Shown here one piece after another: positions 38,163 through 51,863 of a stretch of 64,000 nt of DNA. Location: NCBI RefSeq assembly GCF_006345805.1, contig NC_042999.1, forward strand, positions 14,198,001 through 14,262,000. Reading direction: 5' to 3'. Numbering within the stretch: the stretch's first letter is position 1; every line of letters begins with the position of its first letter. The notes beneath the pieces are model-generated. The model did no database searches. It saw only the letters and a program-made list of their open reading frames with translations, and was not told the origin of the DNA. Source of the stretch: Octopus sinensis. Taxonomy: Eukaryota. A program made the position numbers and the translations under genes.

Positions 38163-39399
38163 TTTATTGATTAATCCATAATGTACTCCCAAGTACTGTG
38201 CCCCACCTGTGTGGTATATTATGGTTGCAAAATGGAATACGGTGTCCATAACAGCAATTAATTACTATTGGATATGTACATATGAATATGCATACATGCA
38301 TGCAGGCACCTTCGTTAACCTGTCTTTGTTAGTGATTTGAAATGCAAACATGAAACATGAATCATGGTAAATGTTATGTATATCAAACATACACAACATA
38401 CAGGCTGTTACACAGTAACTAATGTGTTGCTGTCACGTTGCAGAGACGAGACAAAAATGTGCGGTTGTGCAGATGTCTAATATGCAAAGCAATTTGTTCT
38501 TGAATGGTGGAAAGATACGCTGAATATTCCTGGAAACATCAGTGGTTATTTCAAAGTAGCGATGAACGAGAAAGCAATGTTTTGGAAATAGCCGACAAAC
38601 TACATGAAACCATTGAAGTAAAGGTTTGTGTATTCCACATGGGCTCCTCTCTGAAGCCAAAACAGAGAAAGATTTTAATTTATCAGTATTTATGATAGTC
38701 AGTGCATCCCACGATGGCTAAGGAATTTTCATACGTCTGCTGAAGCTGACGTATGAGTTGACATTTTTGTTGATTCAGAACTGAACAAAAATATAGAACA
38801 TTGTTTCCTCGGCATAATTCTTTTCATATCAATACTTGTGTCGCATTGAATATTACTGTTTAAACAACAAAAATCATTCCAATTGCCATTTAAAATAACG
38901 TAGGTCATACCTTGCGGTTATTATTATTATTATTACTATTATTATTATTCATATACACAACAAATTAGACTGCTGTAAAAGAAAAATCCTAATATCGGAC
39001 TACAAGTAAATTTCTTCTTCTTCTTCTTCTTCTTCTTCTTCTTCTTCTTCTTCTTTCTTCTTCTTCTCTTCTTCTTCTTCTTCTTCTTCTTCTTCTTCTC
39101 TTTATTATTATTGAGTGAGAGAGCAGTGCATGCCATCATAGTGACACTGGGGTCAAAAATATGAAGCCCAGTATAGCCATCATGACTACCCGTCTGATAA
39201 AGGTATACCAGGCATACGCATCACAACCATGTGTGCGCGACATGGTGATCTCATATCAAGATAAACAGCGCATGACCTTGCATGTCCTCGGCGGAACTTG
39301 AACTCAGAAGGTAAAAACGGACGAAATGCAACCGAGCATTCTATTCGGCGTGCTAACGACTTTGCCAGCTCACTGCCTTAATAATGACAACAGTAACAA

Positions 39400-39478
<79 letters not shown>

Positions 39479-39481
<3 letters not shown>

Positions 39482-39938
39482 TGCCTCCTCATTGATATGA
39501 CTGTCCCAATCAATATAAACGTATCTGTCAAGACCTACCAAAAACTGAGCAAATATAAAGATCTTGAAATAGAAATCAGCAAAATGTGAAACCTGAATAC
39601 TAAAACAATACCTGTTGTTATAGGTGCTCTGGGAATGTTTGCAAAACAGGCCAACTGCTAACTAACTCAGATACCAGGAAACCCAAATAAGGCAGAAATT
39701 CAAAAGATAGTGCTCATGGGAATTGCTCATATCCTACGCAAAATACTTTCTATGTAATCTCAAATTTTAGAACAAATATAATTTTCGTATGATTTTTTTA
39801 GACATGCAACACTAAGTACAAAACCAAATATATGGTACCCTAGGCATAACACCAACATGAACTTCCAGCTTGTCTCTTGAGGTCTCTGGATGAGACTTGG
39901 AGCCAGCTTGTGCAAATGTAACGCAAAAGTCAAACATA

Positions 39939-39940
<2 letters not shown>
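39479..39940 (+). mobile_element. 5'-truncated Dong/R4-type LINE within a (TAA)n microsatellite
   Basis: TCLLIDMTVP...KLSKYKDLEIEISKM*...TIPVVIGALG...IQKIVLMGIAHILRKILSM* (REL endonuclease end), ~180 bp 3' UTR, (AAT)n on both sides. Confidence 0.85.
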
Positions 39941-39989
<49 letters not shown>

Positions 39990-40454
39990 CTTCGCTTTTC
40001 ATCCTTTCGGGGTCGATAAGAGCACTGGGATCGATGTAATTGACTAGGCCCACTACCACCACCAAATTTCAGGCCTTGTGTCTATATTAGAAAGGATTAT
40101 TGTTGTTGTCGTATCGTCGTTGTCGTCGTTGTTGTCACTGTTGTTTTTGTTGTTGTTGTTGTTCTTCTTCCAATCAGGACTCACGCCAATAACCACAAAG
40201 AATAATCTCTAATTCGAGCCTACTCTAAGCTACTAAGAATGCGTGCGGCAACTTGAAGATCTACCCACCACACACGATAGACTGGCGGTTGCTCGGGCGC
40301 GAAAGTTACGTTGTTATCCTCATTCCGTAAACGGTGGCTTTTAACGGGTGGGGAGCTGAACCATCCTGAGGTACAGAGGATTCGCAAACTAGACTAGGGT
40401 CTGAAAGTTTACCACACCATAGTGGGTTACACCATGGTTCCTCTGCTTTGTGGC

Positions 40455-40647
40455 AGAAGTAGGAAGAAAGAGTGAGAGAAAGTTGTGGTGAAAGAGTACA
40501 GCGGGGTTCACCACTACCTCTCGCCAGAGCCTCGTGGAGCTTAGGTTTTTTTGCTCAATAAACACTTAAAATGCTCGGGCTGGGAATCGAAAACGCGTTC
40601 TTACGACCGCGAGTCCGCTGCCCTATCCATTGGCCTATTGCACCTCC
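40455..40647 (-). mobile_element. SINE family C, 5' part
   Basis: Matches the head of the copies at 51205 and 62839. Confidence 0.75.
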
Positions 40648-41495
40648 ACTTTGCTGTTGTTTACCCTGCAAGTGACTAATGCAATGAAATTTATGTTCTA
40701 AAGCAGTGTTAAGTACAATATTGCATTTTCCAGGAAAGAGGGATGTAAACGACGTAATTTAAACCGAGACCATTAATAATGGGTTTACGAAAAAAAAAAA
40801 AGAACACAAAAAGCTCTAACCTGGTTTATTTGAATCATTGAGACGAATATCTAAATGTTTCAAATAGTTAGGTCATACGTACACGCCCGCGCGAACGTGA
40901 CTTTCCCTCCCCCCACACACCACCACCACCACCACCTAGCCACACTTTGTCCCATGTAAACATACTCCACTGCTCCTATGCAAGTTTATTATTAGCTGTT
41001 CTACTTGGAGCATTCTAGCTATCGTTGTTTGCTTTGTAAATCATTAATAAACGTATGTTGGATATTTTCTTTTTATCTGTATAGAGTACGTGCAGTGTGG
41101 GGATCGGCGTGTCAAAGAATAGACCCCGCAACGTTTCCTCCATGTATCGTAAAGCGCGACTAAAAAGGGGTTGCGGCTCTAGCGTGGTAAGAGTGTGTGC
41201 CGCTCAGAGCAGCCCTTCCGTTTGCCATCCTCGGATACTACAAAAAAAAAACAAATATTGCCTACAGCCACAGCCTACAACAGGATGAAAAATGCCGCCC
41301 CTTTAAAAGAGCCACCTGGGGAGGACTGCCTCTACTGCCCACCCCACTCAGCTTACACTAATGTGTTGCGGTAGGATTTGCTCTCCGCCCTCGTAAAATC
41401 CTTCCCAGCAACGACTACCCAGACATAGCCAAAAGTAGGGAATCACCAACAAAGTGTGAATGCAGCGGCGCATTGATACAGCACATTCCCCCATT

Positions 41496-41530
<35 letters not shown>

Positions 41531-41531
41531 G

Positions 41532-41604
<73 letters not shown>

Positions 41605-42392
41605 ATAGAGTATTGACTATTCGTGCTGTATATTATACACAACCTCGAACAACTGATAAACCTTTCAATTCCTTCTGATGATGAAGACTTTATTAAATGT
41701 TGGTGTGAAACAGCATTATTTTTTCCCCGGATACAAATCGTATTTCAAGACATGTAGACATTTCTTTTCTTGTGTCTACGATATAGCTTTTGAAGTATAA
41801 ACATGGGAAAGCGATAAAAAACATGAGAAATTTAAAGTGAAATGTCACAGAGAGTATTATTAAGCTAATTAAGATTTGGTCAAGAAAATATCTTTAGCTT
41901 TGGTGGAAAGCGGTTTTGAAGTTGTAACCCTTTGAAAGAAAATACTTATCTAGCTATCCAAAGATCATAAATTGGGCCTCTTTAGGTCTTATTCAGATTT
42001 CGCACATACACACACATGCTCATACACACGAGCATGCATATGTACATACGTGCATACATACATAGAGATTTGCACACACACACATACCACACCACACCAC
42101 AGATATATTAGAAACGCAAATAAAAAGAATTTGGGAACATTATTGTTCCAAACGAATTAGAAGGGTTCGATACGCAGATGATTAATAAAGATCATTGAAT
42201 TAGAACAGTCGTATTTTACAACTTTCCTGTTAGATACGAGGTTTTTTTTAAAACGTATCATGTCTAAAAGGCAAGCTATTCCTCATATACATACATACAT
42301 GCGTGCATACGTACATATATACAAACATGCATATATACATGCACATCATCTATCCATCCATCCATCCATCCATCCATCCATCCATATATATA

Positions 42393-42622
42393 TGTAGCAA
42401 ATCCCCCCCAAAAAACATAGAAAAAAAAGAAAAAGCAACAACGCGATGATGTGGTACATGTAAATTATTAGCAGACGCTCAGGGAAGGAAAGAAAGATGG
42501 TTTTACGTTTCGAGCAAAGTTCTTCTTCAGAAACAGAGGAAAGTCTAATAGGAAAGGAAGACGGAGGAAAAAAAATCGCCAACGATTCACATGTAGTTAC
42601 ATTTTGAAATGACCGGAAGGGA

Positions 42623-42625
<3 letters not shown>
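42393..42625 (-). mobile_element. Family D hammerhead element
   Basis: Diverged homologue of 5245-5448, flanked by (TA)n on both sides. Confidence 0.7.
42500..42534 (-). ncRNA. Minimal type-I hammerhead ribozyme, intact core
   Basis: GUUU-CUGAAGA-A-GAAC(UUU)GCUC-GAAAC-GUA-AAAC; one mismatch in helix II. Confidence 0.7.
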
Positions 42626-42680
<55 letters not shown>

Positions 42681-42911
42681 TCATATATATTTTATAAAAG
42701 CTGTCTATTCATTAGATGAGTAAAGCCATTGCAGGACAGGTAGGTATCAGCTATGTCTATGCAAAGGTTTTAAGTCTAGTGCAGTTTGTACAACACACAA
42801 CAACTCTCACTTGCTCTACCAAGAAGCCCAGACACAAGCAAAGTGCAAGATATCTGGCTCAGTAGAGCTGGATATCTCGGACAAAAACGCGAGTATTTCT
42901 ACGTCATGTTG

Positions 42912-42944
<33 letters not shown>

Positions 42945-42946
<2 letters not shown>

Positions 42947-43230
42947 AGGCGCAATTGCCCAGAGGTTAGGCCAGCGGACTCGCGGTTTCGAGTCCCAGAC
43001 CGGGCATTGTGAGTGTTTATTGAGCGAAAACACCTAAAGCTCCACGAGGCTCCGGCAGAGGGTGGTTGCGATCCCTGCTGTACTCTTTCAGCACAATTTT
43101 CTCTCACTCTTTCTTCTGTTGGCCTGCTCGCTTAACCTGCGGGGTGGCGTCATTTGAAGGCTAAAAACAATGCAAAGTGCATTGTGACCAGCGATGTGTA
43201 GCAACAAATGATAGCTTGGTCAGTCACGGT
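42945..43230 (+). mobile_element. SINE family C variant
   Basis: Head GGAGGCGCAATTGCCCAGAGGTTAGG; the 3' part differs from the other C copies. Confidence 0.7.
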
Positions 43231-43257
43231 GATATATATATATATAATATATATATA

Positions 43258-43306
<49 letters not shown>

Positions 43307-43772
43307 GGCCAAAATTGATATCTTTATCTTTGGGGAAAAGCGGTTTGAAAGTTGTAACCCTTTAAAAGAAAATGTTGATCTAGTAATCGAAAGATCATAA
43401 ATTGGGCCTCCTTAGGCTTTATTCAGATTACGCACATACGCTCATACTCATGAGTATATATATGTACATACATATTTACACACAGACACACACACACAGA
43501 TACACACATTAGAAACGTAAATAATTGCTAATATGCCACCCTTTTATTTTGTTATATATATAATATTAGGGAATATGACTCCAAACTTACAGGGAAAAAT
43601 TCAATTTAGTAATACTAAATCAAATTTCACAATATATAATACATGTATATAAATTAGAGAAGAACCACCATCAAGCAATTCCACAATGATATACTTATAA
43701 TATACAAAGAAAATTAATGATAAGATAAACATTTACCTAAAACTAAATAAAATATTTAATAATAAATAAATA

Positions 43773-43837
<65 letters not shown>

Positions 43838-44619
43838 CCAGAAGTAGTTACAAACACACACACACACGCACAAAAACACATATGTGTCGTGTGTGTGTAG
43901 GAATGTATTTAATGAAGTATGCGGCACGGTTAAGAAATTTACGGTAAAAATTACAGAAAAAAACGTACACAAAATAAACGAGAATAGGCTCTGTCCCTCA
44001 TCGGCCAAATACCATCACAGTTTCGACACATATCAGGGTTAACCCTTTTGCTTTATGACACACGAACTACTTCACCAATACATCAATGACCTAACTACTG
44101 ACACTTACCTGTAACTATTAAAGACAATCTCTGACCAGTTCTTACATGTTTTAGTATGGTTGCTTTGAATTTATCGTCTTCTGTTTCTCTGCATTTTATT
44201 ACATCTTCCTGACACCGTGTTTGTATTTCTTTTTTTTTTCATTTTTATGCTGCTGCTTCTATTGTTTTGTTCTTTCTCTGGTTTCAGTCACTGACTGTGG
44301 CCATATTGGAAATACGGCTGTTATGAGTTTTATCGATCAAATCAACAATTCTTCTTATTTTTAGTTTGTTAATCATTTTATCTCTTTTCGTTGTCTAGCT
44401 AGTTTACGGTGCATAAAGACATGTCATAAATAAACACCGGCCCTCGTATCTGAGGAAATATAAACACACACAAGTGTGTGTGTGTGTGAGTGACTGTGTG
44501 TGTGCGCGTGTGTGTGTGTGTGCGCACGCATGCGCTATATATATTTTTGTTTCAAATAGATAATAAACATACATATATAGATGCACACATATGTACATAC
44601 ACACGTGTATACATGTATG

Positions 44620-44661
<42 letters not shown>

Positions 44662-44735
44662 ATATTATTATATATATATATATATTATATAATATATATA
44701 TATGTATGTATGTATTACATTATATATATATATAT

Positions 44736-44766
<31 letters not shown>

Positions 44767-45184
44767 TTCATTATATATATATTCTTTCATTCTTTTGTTT
44801 CAATCATTTGACTACGCCCATGCTGGAGCACTGCCTTTAGTCGAACAAATCGATCCCAGGACTTATTCTTTGTAAGCCTAGTACTTATTCTATCGGCCAC
44901 TTTTGCCGAACCGCTAAGTTACGGGGACGTAAACACACCAGCATCGGTTGTCAAGCAATGATGGGGGTACAAACACAGAAACACAAACACACACATACAC
45001 ACACACATACACATACACGCATGCACGCACAGACACATACACACACAAAGTGTGACCGTGCGGAAAGAAGCTTGCTTCCCAATCGCATTGTTCCGAGTAC
45101 AGTCCTACAGCGTGGCACCGCGAGCACGTGTCTTCTACAATAGCCTCGGGCCTACAAAACCATTGTCTATGGATTTGATATATA

Positions 45185-45259
<75 letters not shown>

Positions 45260-45564
45260 ATTTGTGTTTGTCCTCCCACCACAGCTTGACAGCTGGTACT
45301 GGTGTTAAAAAAAATGTATGAGCAGTTGTAGATTTATTCGACTAAAAGTCTTCAAGGCAATGCCCCAGCATGGCCGCAGTCTAGTTATTGACTAACAAGT
45401 AAAAGACAAAAGACTGGTACATACACACATTCACATACACACATACATACATACACACACACACACATACACACATACACACATACATACATACACACAC
45501 ACACACATACACACATACACACATACATACATACATACATACATATATGCATACATACATTAGT

Positions 45565-45934
45565 GGCACTCCGTCGGTTACGACGACGAGGGTTGATCCG
45601 ATCAACGGAATAGCCTGCTCGCGAAATTAACGTGCAAGTGGCTGAGCACTTCACAGACACGTGTACCCTTAACGTAGTTCTCGGGGAGATTCAACGTGAC
45701 ACAGTGTAACAAGGCTGGCCCTTTGAAATACAGGTACAACGGAAACGGGAAGAAAGAGTGAGAGAATGTTGTGGTGAAAGAACACAGCAGGGTTCGCCAC
45801 CCACCCCCTGCCGGAGCCTCGTGGAGTTTTAGGTGTTTTCACTCGATAAACACTTACAACGCCCAGTTTGGGAATCGAAACCGCGATCCTATAACCGCGA
45901 GTCCGCTGCCCTAACCACTGGCCATTGCGCCTCC
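45565..45934 (-). mobile_element. SINE family C
   Basis: A box TGGCC(C)AGTGG, B box GTTTCGATTCCC, 3' end CGTCGTAACCGACGGAGTGC. Confidence 0.88.
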
Positions 45935-46074
45935 ACATGCATGCATGCATGCATACATACATACATACATACATACATACATACATACATGTTTATATAG
46001 CTAGTGAGAGAGGTAGACAGACAGTCCGACAGACAGCTAAGTAAATAGATAGATAGATAGATAGATAGATAGAC

Positions 46075-46105
<31 letters not shown>

Positions 46106-46183
46106 CAGACAGATAAATAAATATAAATGAGGGGGAGAGAGAGAGAGATCTGTGTATACTTAAACATAGGCATAAATACATAG

Positions 46184-46214
<31 letters not shown>

Positions 46215-46681
46215 CCACACCCACACCCACACATACCCACACACACACATACACATACCCACACACACATACCCACACACACATACCTACACACACATAC
46301 ACAAAAACACGCAACAGATACACACCACACTGATATACGCATTGTACATTCGAGGAGTGTCACATAAGCAGCCGGTCACAAACAATCGATATGGCTGAAA
46401 AATACTTTCATTATTGCATTCTTTCTGTTTCTTTCTGGTGACTTAACTAAATTTTCGATATATTCTATTTCAGATTTAACTAGAAGGCGACGTGCTTAGC
46501 AGAATCGATAGCGCACCGTCTAAATACTTAGCGCCATTTCTTCCGGCTTTACATTCTCTGTTTAAATCCCGCTGATGTCGGCTTTGTAGTACCAGTCGAA
46601 CATTGGGGTCGATATTATCGACTAACCCCTCTCCTAAAATTTCGGGCTTGCGCATGTAAATGAAAAAAAAAAAAAAATTTA

Positions 46682-47098
46682 CAGGAGTGGCTGTGTGGTA
46701 AGTAGCTTGCTAACCAACCACATGGTTCCGGGTTCAGTCCCACTGCGTGGCATCTTGGGCAAGTGTCTTCTGCTATAGCCCCGGGCCGACCAATGCCTTG
46801 TGAGTGGATTTGGTAGACGGAAACTGAAAAGAAGCCCGTCGTATATATGTATATATATATATATATGTATGTGTGTGTTTGTGTGTCTGTGTTTGTCCCC
46901 CTAGCATTGCTTGACAACCGATGCTGGTGTGTTTACGTCCCCGTCACTTAGCGGTTCGGCAAAAGAGACCGATAGAATAAGTACTGGGCTTACAAAAAAT
47001 AAGTCCCGGGGTCGATTTGCTCGACTAAAGGCGGTGCTCCAGCATGGCCGCAGTCAAATGACTGAAACAAGTAAAAGAGTAAAAGAGTAAAGAGAGTA
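46682..47098 (+). mobile_element. Young SINE family A copy
   Basis: Shares diagnostic changes with the copies at 34349 and 61789. Confidence 0.92.
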
Positions 47099-47679
47099 AT
47101 CTCAAATACAAACAACGAGACTCTTTCTGGTTTTTCTAATGTGTTGTATGGAGTCGGTGAAGGTAGGTGGCTTTGTGGTTAGGAAATTCGACTCACGATC
47201 GTATAATCGTGAGTTCGATTCTCAGTTGCGCCTTGTGTCTTTGTGCAAGACACTTTGTTTCATCGTGCTCAAGTCCACTGAGCTGGCAAAAGTGAGTAGA
47301 ACCTGTATTTCAAAAGACCAGTCTTGTCACATTCTGTGTTATGCTGAATCTCCTTGAGGATTCCGTTAAAGGCACGCATGTCTCTGGAGTGCTCAACCTC
47401 TTGCACGTTAATTTCATTAGCAGGCTATTGTTCTGTTGGTCGGATCAACTGGAACCCTCATCATCGTAACCGACGGAGTGCCAGTTGTTGTTGTAAGGAG
47501 GCAAGTTTACATAAAAATACCAAACCAACACCTCAACAGAAACAGATCGAGCAATGGACGACAAAAACAGAGCAATTCAAATTATGTGATACAGCACTAA
47601 AACATAATTGTGAGCTTGTATTACCAGGGTGATGTCAAGATACTGAATGTCCAGGGCCGTTGCTGCACTGTATGCTTCT

Positions 47680-49130
47680 CTGTCTCAACCCAACAATATG
47701 TGCTTCCTTCTCGCAACTTTTTCAGTGTACGCCCCTTTCTAAGGTCCTTTTCTCCCAACCCTAACAACGTGCTCTTCATTCTCTCACTCCTACAATATGC
47801 TCTTCACTGTCTCAGTCCTACATTGTGCACTTCTTTTTCCCACCTCTAAAGTGTGTTCCCCCTTCACTGAGCCCTTCAATGTGCACCCTTACGTTACAGT
47901 TCAGCAATGAGCCCTTCCCTCTCTCATTCCGACGATGTACAAATCCTTCACTCACCCTTGCAAGGAGCATCTCTTCTCGCAGTCCCATGTGTTTTACTAT
48001 ATTCCAGTCACACAAATTCTTTTTCTTTCTCCCAACCCTGAAATGTGCATCTCTTCTCTCAGAGCTATAATGTTCTCTTCTATCCCCCAATTAATGTTTT
48101 TTCGTCACCTAGTCCTGCAATACAATTTTCTGTCTCCCAATCCTACAATGTTGTTTTTCTTCTCCCTCTTTCACAAAGTGTTCTTTCTTTCCTCGGTCAT
48201 ACAATGTGATATTCAACCTCGCAGTTCTAAATGTGTATTCCCCTCTCCCAGTCAAAGAATGTGTGATCCATCTCTCACTCATACAAATTGCTCTTCACTC
48301 TCCCACTCCAACTCTCTCAGAAGGTGCTCTTCCACCTCACAGTCCCATAAGGTGCTCTTCAATTTCCCAGTGTCACAATGTTCTCCTTCGCTCCTAAACC
48401 TAGTCCAACAAACTGATCATCACTCCTCAAATTTTACAATGAGCTCTTCAATTTCACACTCCGACAATATGCTCCTCTTTTTCCTAATCCCATATATTTC
48501 CCTTTTCCCAAAACTACGATATGCCTTTCCTTCATCAACTCCCGCAATATGCTCTTCTATCTTCCAGTCCTGCAATATGCTCTTTCTTCTCTTTGCCCTT
48601 TTCTGTGCATCCTTTTCCCTAGCCCTAGACTTTGTACCCACTTTCCTCCAAGCTCTTCAACTTGCGACTCCTTCTCTCAGTCTACAACGTGGTACTTTGT
48701 CCCAGTATTACAATATTACACTCGTCCCAGTATTGCAGAATGACACTCGATTCTCCCAACCCTTAAATGAACATGTCTTTCTCAAATTTCTACAATGTTC
48801 ACCCCTTCTTGCCGTAGACTCTGTGCCCATTTCTCTCAGTTCTGCATTGCATGACCCCTTTTCCTGCCCTTTAAAGTGTTTAGCTCTCTTGTAGTCCTAC
48901 AATGTGTGTTTTTCTCTTAGCCTTGGACTCTGTGCACTTCTCTCAGATCTACGATTTGCACTTCTGCCTCCTAGCCCTCCAATGTACGCAGTATTTTCCT
49001 AGTCCTTCAGTATGCACCCCACTTGGTGTGTGCTTCCTCCTTTCAGCCCTTCAAAGTCACCCCTTTTTCCTAGTCAAATAACGCTGGCTCTTTTACCACA
49101 GTGCTAGAATTTGAGCTTCTCTTGGCTCTA
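47680..49130. repeat. Cryptic, highly diverged ~27-28 bp tandem repeat, pyrimidine-rich on the + strand
   Basis: Recurring CAGTCCTACAATGTGCTCTTC-like motif, e.g. ccaatcctacaatgttg, cggtcatacaatgtg, acactccgacaatatg, ccagtcctgcaatatg. Confidence 0.7.
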
Positions 49131-49475
49131 CAATTTGTACTTCTTCTCCCAGCCCCACAACGTACGCCTTGTTTTTCTGGCCCAATATACGCTCCCAGTA
49201 ATATTTTTTCCATAAATTGCTTCAGTCATCCTCGTCTCTGCACCAACTGAAAAATACTGGGGAAAATGTTTTAGTTTAATCGCGCACAAGAAATTTATTT
49301 TAAAGGAATTAGAGTTTGTTTTTATTAACAACATATTTTTACAGGAAGAAAAAACATCAAACGTTTAAAAGATCAAATTACCGAGAAAAAAACCCTATAA
49401 CTACCTCACCAAGAAAACAAAGAAAAAGAAAAGGGGGAATTAAGTAGCTGAAGATGGTGGTAAGGAGTAGCGTAT

Positions 49476-49978
49476 TGTACATCCCAGAATGGCCTGCGAC
49501 ACCCGCTGCGGGGCACGTTTCTCAGACGACCCGCAGTTATCCAGATCTTGCGAAGGAAATCGGTAGTAAGGGATCCAAGGACTCACTAGTGAGGTCTCCA
49601 CCGGTCAGGCTCCTGTATTTGTTTAAACCGGCTTTGTGACCAATGTAACAATGTTGGAACTAGAGAATGTGTCTCCGCACATGCGTCCCAGATTAGGGAT
49701 CTACCTTTGTCGTATGAGAAGAGGGTCATTCCCTGCAGTCAAGACCTAATGACGTGAAGCCAGCCGCGTCGAGACCCTTCATGTGGATGTCACTGAGTAA
49801 ATCTGTTATCCTGCAAAATTTAAATGTTCCATACACAATCAAATGACAGTTCATCACACTGCACGATCCTCTTGTTATCCTCTTCCCTGCAGTGACGTAG
49901 GATAGGTTTCAGCCACCCGTGCGGTCGCCAAATTGTCCGCCCCCTTTTTTTAGTTTACCTTCAACTACAACAAATACA
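49476..49978. mobile_element. Possible solo LTR (503 bp)
   Basis: GC-richer island with TG...CA ends, flanked by CGTAT/TGTAT (possible decayed 5-bp TSD). Confidence 0.4.
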
Positions 49979-50120
49979 TGTATACGTATATACAGTAGTT
50001 ATCCTCAGCGATCTGTGCACCCTGCACATCCTCGTTAGACACTTCTCCTCACCCAACCTTGTCTGCTTTCCTCCCGTGTTCAATGGGGGGGGGGTGATCT
50101 CTCTTATTACCAAGAATAAG

Positions 50121-51000
50121 AAGGCGACGAGCTGGCAGAAACGTTAGCACGCCGGGCAAAATGCGTAGCCGTATTTCGTCTGCCGTTATGTTCTGAGTTC
50201 AAATTTCGCCGAGGTCGACTTCGCTTTTCATCCTTTCGGGGTCGATAAATTAAGAATCAGTTACGCACTGGGGTCGATATAATCGACTTAATCCGTTGAG
50301 TTCAAATTACGTCGAGGTCGACTTTGCCTTTTATACTTTCGGGTCGATAAATTAAGTACCAGTTGACTACTGGGGCCGATGTAATCGACTATACTCCCCC
50401 CCGCCACTATTCCAGGCCTTGTGCCTATAGTAGAAAAGATTATTTCATTCGTCTTTACGTTCTAAGTTCAAATGCTTCTGTGGCCTCTCAGGGTCGATAA
50501 AATAAGCGCTAGTTGAGCACTGGAATCGATGTACTCGGGTACTAATCCCACCTCCCGAAACTGCTGGCCTTGTGCCAAAATTTAAAACCATTATTACTAA
50601 GAACAGCTGGTAGAATTTTTAGTGCGGCGCATAAAATATTTATCAGTTTTCCTACCCACACTTCATGTTCTGAGTTCAAATTCCGCCGAGATCGAGTTGG
50701 CTATTTATCCTTTTGGGTTCGATAAAATAAATTCCGCTTGAGCGCTGGGGTCGATGTAGCTATCTAACCTCTCCACCAAAATTTCTGGTCTTGTGTCTGC
50801 AGCAGAAAGAAGTGTTACCGAAAACTGCTTCGGCCAAAATATTTAGCGACCTCCTTCCGGCTCTAAACGTTCTGAGTTCAAATTCAACGTATTTCCACTT
50901 TGCCGTTCATTCTTGCAGGGTCGATATATATAAGTATCACTTTGAGTACTGGGATCGATTTTTTTCGACTTACTCCCTTCCCTAAAATTGTTGGCTTTGA
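50121..51000 (+). mobile_element. Cluster of 4-5 same-orientation family B SINE pieces of different ages
   Basis: The GTTCTGAGTTCAAATT...GGGGTCGAT module recurs at ~50190, 50297, 50459, 50667 and 50869. Confidence 0.8.
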
Positions 51001-51204
51001 AACTCATTGTTAATGAGAATTCATGTTTTAAGTTGGATTAAGAAATTTGAAGCTGTTCAGAATTTGGGCCCGCAGTTTTTAACGCCTCCAAGTGCTCTCT
51101 TAATTTATCCAGAGTGTGACTCAGACATTCTATTAAACCACAAAACAGAAAAGCAATTGTATTTGCAAACTTCCTTTTTTTATTTTTTGTATTTTGTATT
51201 TAAT

Positions 51205-51595
51205 GTGGATGGATGGAAGCACTCCGTCGGTTACGACGATGAGGGTTCCGGTTGATCCGAATCAACAGAACAGCCTGCTCGTGAAATTAACGTGTAAGTG
51301 GCTGAGCACTCTACAGACACGTGCACCCTTAACGTAGTTCTCGGGGATATTCAGCGTGACACAGAGAGTGACAAGGCCGGCCCTTTGAAATACAGGTACA
51401 ACAGAAACAGGAAGTAAGAGTGAGAGAAAGTTGTGGTGAAAGCGTACAGCAGGGATCACCACCATCCCTGCCGGAGCCTCGTGGAGCTTTAGGTGTTTTC
51501 GCTCAATAAACACTCACAACGCCCGGTCTGGGAATCGAAACCGCGATCCTATGACCGCGAGTCCACTGCCCTAACCACTGGGCCATTGCGCCTCC
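51205..51595 (-). mobile_element. SINE family C, young
   Basis: Nearly identical to 62839-63219; (ATGG)n tail. Confidence 0.9.
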
Positions 51596-51863
51596 ACTGT
51601 ATTTAATGTATGTGAATGAGAACAGGATGCATTGTGATTTAAATCGTTTGTTCCCATAGCTTAAATGTAAACATGAGAAATTACTTGTCTAACAACAAAA
51701 GTACGACTAAATGAAATAACGTATCTGCGAATAAGATGTAAACATTGTTAAGTTTAATAAACACACTTGGAGTCCCACAGTGAAAACTGTGAAAATAGAC
51801 TATGCGGTTAATGTATACTCATTGTTAAATACACGCATATAAATTAATTTAGAACTAACGCAT

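Noticed and set aside
41110-41180. TCGTAAAGCGCGACTAA motif as an HDV-like ribozyme
   Set aside because: Only ~10 nt lie between the candidate P2 strand and P4, too little for P3-L3-P1; it folds as a simple hairpin.
44109-44229. 40-codon minus-strand open frame ending in a perfect CAG|GTAAGT
   Set aside because: No acceptor, and an in-frame ATG would require a 1-nt change in a poly-A run; within chance expectation for this much sequence.
47935-48894. Longest ORF (319 aa) as a gene
   Set aside because: S/F/L/P-rich translation of a pyrimidine-rich repeat strand where stops are compositionally rare; no domain recognised.
51520-51595. tRNA genes at SINE heads
   Set aside because: A/B boxes are present but continue into SINE bodies; no complete cloverleaf.
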